Assembly (NCBI GenBank): GCA_001643675.2
Contig: LSRY02000006.1
Span: 186,001 to 250,000, forward strand
Reading direction: 5' to 3'
Length of the DNA stretch: 64,000 bases
Source: Monocercomonoides exilis PA203
Taxonomy: Eukaryota; Protista; Preaxostyla
Part shown: positions 59,373 to 64,000 of the stretch, one piece after another
How positions within the stretch are numbered: position 1 is the first letter of the stretch
How the letters are laid out: each line of letters begins with the position of its first letter
The notes under the pieces: generated by a model
What the model saw: only the letters and a program-made list of their open reading frames with translations
Databases searched by the model: none
Told to the model about the DNA's origin: nothing
Made by a program: the position numbers and the translations under genes

Positions 59373-62300
59373 CTAGTTGCGATTTTCAAGTATTTCGCTT
59401 TCGCTGCAAGCAAGTTCACTCGATGCACCTCTGCCAGACTGCTGGCTATCCATTGTGCGATCGATGGCATCTGAGGCTGTGAGGACCATCGCTCCCGGCG
59501 GAAAATGCTGGAAGAGCTCTCTTTTGAGGGTTGCGAGGGATGGGCGCTTCTGCGAAAGGCTGTTGAGGCAGTTTTCAAGCACAGAGCAGAACGACGATTG
59601 CCCCGCGCTGCCCAGGACTGGCCTCTCCCCATTCACGATCTTCTGCCCTGCCACCTCTGCCTCATAATCACCAAACGGAACCTGGAGCGTCAGACACTCC
59701 CACACCATCATCCCGATCGAGAATGCCACCGACTCCTTGGTTGCACCCATCTTCTTGTTGATCAGCAACTCAGGCGCCTTCCACCTCAAACACTCTTTTT
59801 TGAAGTCATCCTCATCCTCAAAGGCAGACGAGGGCAGGGAGTCATCATCTTCGTCATTCTCACTTGCGGACGTCACAACAGTTGACGAAGAGATGGATGA
59901 TGAATCTGAGTCATCATCAGACAATAAATCGGAGTGCATCACGATGCAGATGACCATGTGCTCAGAGAACAACACAATGTGAGGACTCAAACTGGATAAT
60001 GATTGGAGAGGATTTTCCATCTCGTCAAATGAGTGAAGTGCTCCATTTGCCACCCAGAACAGGATCTGAGCAGCTGTCTGCTCCCTTTCCTGCAGAGTGC
60101 CAATCGCCATCTCTTTTGTCTTATTCCTTCCATGGAGCAACATGAACAGCGAATCCCTCAGATCCACAATCAATTTCTCATGTGGAGATGAACAGGCCAT
60201 TGCATCCACCAAGTTCGACATTGATGAGGTGGTTGGGCAAAGATCCTCTCTCTGAACAAAAGTCGAATCAGAATCAGTTGTTGAAGTGGATGAAATCGAT
60301 GGAGAAGGAGTTCGCTTTCTCGTCTCTTCTTCCTCTTCCTTCTCATCAACCTTCTCCAGTGCCCATTGAGGGATCTTGTCTGAATCTCTGCCCAAAATGT
60401 ATTCAGTCGATCCACTCTCGGATAGAAGATGCTCTGAAGACTCAGAATGCTGCATCTGCTTCCCATACACCCTCTTCTTTATCCTCTCATCATTCCTCTT
60501 CTCTGCGTCTCTCTCAGCTCTTCTCCACTGCTCCTCAGGCGACATCTCCATTGTCACCATCTCAAATGCCTTCGGATCCTTTCTGATGTTATCATTCACA
60601 ATCTCTCTCAGATCTTCTGCTTCATTCTTAACCTTTCTCCAGCGTACAGCCAGAACAATAACAACAACAAGCAGAAGCGCAACAAATACAACACATACAA
60701 TCACAACGATTGGCCAAATCGATTTCCCTTCTTTTCCTCCTTCAACAATCCTTTCATCTCCCTTTGGATCAGTCTCGCTCCTGTTCTTCAGGATGAACGA
60801 CTCCGTTGCCGAGGGAGAATGGCCATCTCCAAACAAGATGCACACCCTCACTTCTGCACTCGCCTCTGCTCCCCTCACCATCTCCAACCCAATTGTGCCA
60901 TGCACTTCCTCTTCACTCACAAACCCAGACTCACTTATCTCGTGTGTCTCCATCTGCTCCACATCCCCCACCGACGAAACAACCCGAAACGACAGGTCGC
61001 ATGGCAGAAGAAGTGTGCCCCTGAACACAACATCCAGCACCCCTTCCTTCTCCTCTGTCTCCACCGATCGGAGTGTGGGGATGAACAATGGCGATGCTCG
61101 CTCCTCAACAATCCCCATCAAACTGCATCCATCATTCAGAATCCAAAGGGAGGAATTCTTCTCTTGCCCATCTCCTCCCTTCAAGCTCATGATATTCAGC
61201 TGAGCAGAATCCGAGCACAATATGTTTCTCCGAGCTGAGGGATATTTTCCAATCGATGGATTGTTGCTCACAAACTCTCCTTTCTCAAACACCACATTCC
61301 CTCCACTCACTGACAATCCCCCTTTCTTGCTGTTTCTCATCGAAGTCACTTTCATCTCCACTTCACTCTTCTCAAATTCAACCATTGACCCATTCCACTT
61401 GCATATCTCCTCTCTTCTTTCTCCTTCATTCTGCTCATTTCTTGATCTCTCTTCATTCTCTTCCTCTTCTCCATCAAACTCACAACAATCAACATTCACA
61501 CACTCACACTTGCACACACTCACCATCCATCCTCTCTCCTCTTTCCCCAAACACATCCTCATCGAGCAATTCATCAAATCCACTCTTTCTGCACAATCAA
61601 CGATCTTCACAATGCTCCCTCTGTTCTGTCTGGTGATATTGCTCATCGACATCTCCTTCGCCTCCATCTTTGCTTTCTTCGCATCAACAATCCTTCCATC
61701 CTCGCTCTCGATATCGCTCATCCTCAGCTGATATATCACAGCCTTGCTCCCTTCACAGACTGACAATATCTCTCGTGAAGTGGAAACACAGCTGACAACA
61801 CATTTCTCCATCTCCAGCTCTCCACTCTCCACTTCCACAATTGTGCTGTTCAAAAGTGCCATCATTCCAACACTCTTCCACCAACACTCGCTCACCCCCA
61901 ATGTTCCATTCTTCACTTTCACAATGGATGAATGCTCTGATTCAAAGCTCAACCCAAACAAGAATTCACATTTCTCCACAGCACTCTCATTCACAGACAC
62001 AACCACACTCCCTTCATCCCCCACAGCCTCCATCTTTCCATCAAGATGGATTGTCGATCGAGTCTTCTTCAGACTCTTCACATTCATATCCCCAATCACA
62101 CACTCTCCCCCAATCGCCCCTTCTCCATCAATCAGAAGCATATTTACAATGCCTCTTTGAATGTGCTTCACAGCACTGTCAATGCTCAGGCAAGGATTGT
62201 TCTGTGCCCCACATTGTCTGTCATCTCTTCCACTTGCAGAGACAAACACCTGCTGGCCATAATAGAATGTGATCAGAGGGATCAGATCAACATCATCCCT

Positions 62301-64000
62301 TTCCTTGTCAGACCCACAGATGGAGTTGGAGGATTTCAGGGCATCCTGGCTGAGATCCAGCACAAACAATGTCTCGTTGATCTGTTCGGCAATCGACTCG
62401 CATCTGATGAACACATCCTTCCCCACAAATGCCTCGTTGCCCCCAAACCTCACATTCTCCATCCTTATCCCAACAGGCCCGAATCCACTGGCTCCACCCT
62501 CATTCGGGTCAAGTGCATCAACCATCACCCCTCCTCCTCTCCCCTTCACCCCCGAGCACGAGCACATCCCCAACGAGCATCCAACAACCCTCACTTCTGA
62601 TTCTCCTCTCTTCAGGCACACTTTCATCCCTCCTCCTTCCTCGCTCATTTCACTCCTGCAGCTCGAAACCGAACACCCCTCCAACACACACTCCATTGCC
62701 CTCGCAAATGAATCCACACTCAACACCCCTGCTCTGTTTTCTCCATTTGTGATGTTTGTGAACGAAGACCCATTCACTTTTATCACCACTTTTTCGTTGT
62801 TTGAATGCCTGTTTTCTCCCCTGTTTAACCCTCTTTTGGCTTTTCATCCCATTCGTCTGCTCATCGTCAAACATCGATATCAGACTTCTCTCTTTCACCC
62901 CAACATTCGAGATGTTCACATCCTCCACAATCACCTCCATTGTTGCCGCTGCACTGAAAGCGATGAACCCTTTCAATTTGTCAACCGCATCCAACGAACA
63001 TCCTTGAACAACAACTCTGCCTCCATTCACTTTCATCACACAAAATCCTGCATCTGCCATTCCATTCAATGAACCAAATGAGCAATCCACGACTGATAAA
63101 CAGATGTTTGCTCCTGATGATTCGATCAATATCTCATGATGGATGTTTGGATTTGGATTCGAGAATGACAAATTTTCCAGTGTCAGACTCACACAAGATG
63201 ATATTAATGAACCACCAATCAAATCATTCTCATCTTCATCACTGATTATCACTGCTGTGCCTTTCATTGTTCCTTCAATCACCACTTTTTGTGACTCTGA
63301 ATCTTGTGAAGCCGGTGGTGATGAAGAAAATGAAGAAAAATGATATGGAATGTTTCAATAATCCAGAATCCACAATGCTGATGTGGGATTCACCTTCATC
63401 AAGTGGTTCATATCTCAGTGATATCAAGTGGTCAATCGATGAACATGGTGCCTCAGAAAAGCCACATCCACTGAAGTCTCCTCCTCCATCTTTCGAAACA
63501 AACCCATTCCCACTCCAATTAGACCACAAATACACAACCAATGGAATCACATATCCCTCCTCTCCTGTTGTCTTCCTCTCCCATCCGCACAGCTCATCCA
63601 ATGATCCCAACTCCCCTTCACTCATCTCCCATTTGAAGTGCTCCTTGTTCACAATCTTGCTCAGAACCCATCCTGAAACAAACATGTTCTTCCCTTTCCA
63701 AGCATTGCATTGACTGAATATCATTCCTTCGAGCACAAATGATCCCATTTGTTCAGGCAGTTCGGCGAATACCGCTCCTCCTAATCCTCCTTTTTTCTCT
63801 GAACTATCCTCTGATGGAACTTCACATTCAGACAAATTCACATTTTTCATTTCCAAACTTCCTCCACTTCCAACTGATATCATCATCCCTCCTCCTTTCA
63901 TCTCACTTCCACCTGAGCAGATCGAGGACAAATTGCTTTCTTCAATATTCACACATCCACCTTCCTTCATCCCAACATTCAAACATCCCCCTCCTCCACT
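59373..64000 (-). CDS. Second (inverted) copy of the giant membrane/pseudokinase gene. The 5' part lies outside the window and there are two apparent +1 frameshifts in homopolymers (62841-62844, 63336-63340)
   Basis: ORFs 63275..63982, 62650..63285 and 59373..62789 reproduce consecutive parts of the 42716..51967 protein. Each frameshift is one extra base in a run, so they may be consensus errors or true lesions. Confidence 0.8.

Larger units (their letters stand above)
47342..64000. repeat. Giant inverted duplication (arms at least 8.2 kb: 47342-~55548 and ~55799-64000), running off the right end of the window
   Basis: ORFs are mirrored throughout (e.g. 54851..55186- equals 56161..56496+; stop 51967 mirrors 59373). 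The last bases of the window are the reverse complement of 47342 onwards. The differences noticed are almost all homopolymer-length changes. Confidence 0.97.

Noticed and set aside
1-64000. Stop-codon reassignment (TAA/TAG read as Gln, as in some oxymonads) or CRISPR/prokaryotic systems
   Set aside because: Multi-kilobase ORFs are free of TAA/TAG, and genes end in TAA, TAG and TGA. Apparent premature stops are explained by introns. No repeat-spacer array or operon structure is seen.

Overview
Intron-containing, gene-dense eukaryotic DNA in the standard genetic code. It has AT-rich intergenic tracts, short GT-AG introns and poly-Ser (TCT/TCC) or Glu/Lys-rich coding runs. The gene families and composition resemble the oxymonad Monocercomonoides; this is recognition, not a database result. 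Protein genes in order: a partial acidic protein, a kinesin-4-type motor, a long coiled-coil protein, an AlaX/AARSD1-like tRNA-editing protein, an ARM-repeat protein, a degenerate EF-hand protein, a Pho80/Pcl-type cyclin, a five-exon Spc24-like kinetochore protein missed by the ORF track, a roughly 2,800-aa EF-hand protein, a member of a lineage-specific helical family, and a 3,083-aa surface beta-helix/transmembrane/pseudokinase protein. Three non-coding signals stand out. (1) Two inverted 109-nt Pol III-type genes (13242-13350 +, 18989-19097 -) encode a tRNA-shaped RNA. It keeps the D arm, T arm and an extended terminal stem, but a 49-nt two-hairpin domain replaces the anticodon arm. The copies show compensatory changes and conserved upstream blocks, and they bracket the AlaX-like gene. 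(2) A 1.84-kb nested palindrome (14024-15863) is built from three hairpin modules with identical 220-bp core spacing. (3) A palindrome of at least 16.6 kb (47342-64000, centre about 55673) has a spacer that is a diverged copy of the same element as (2).
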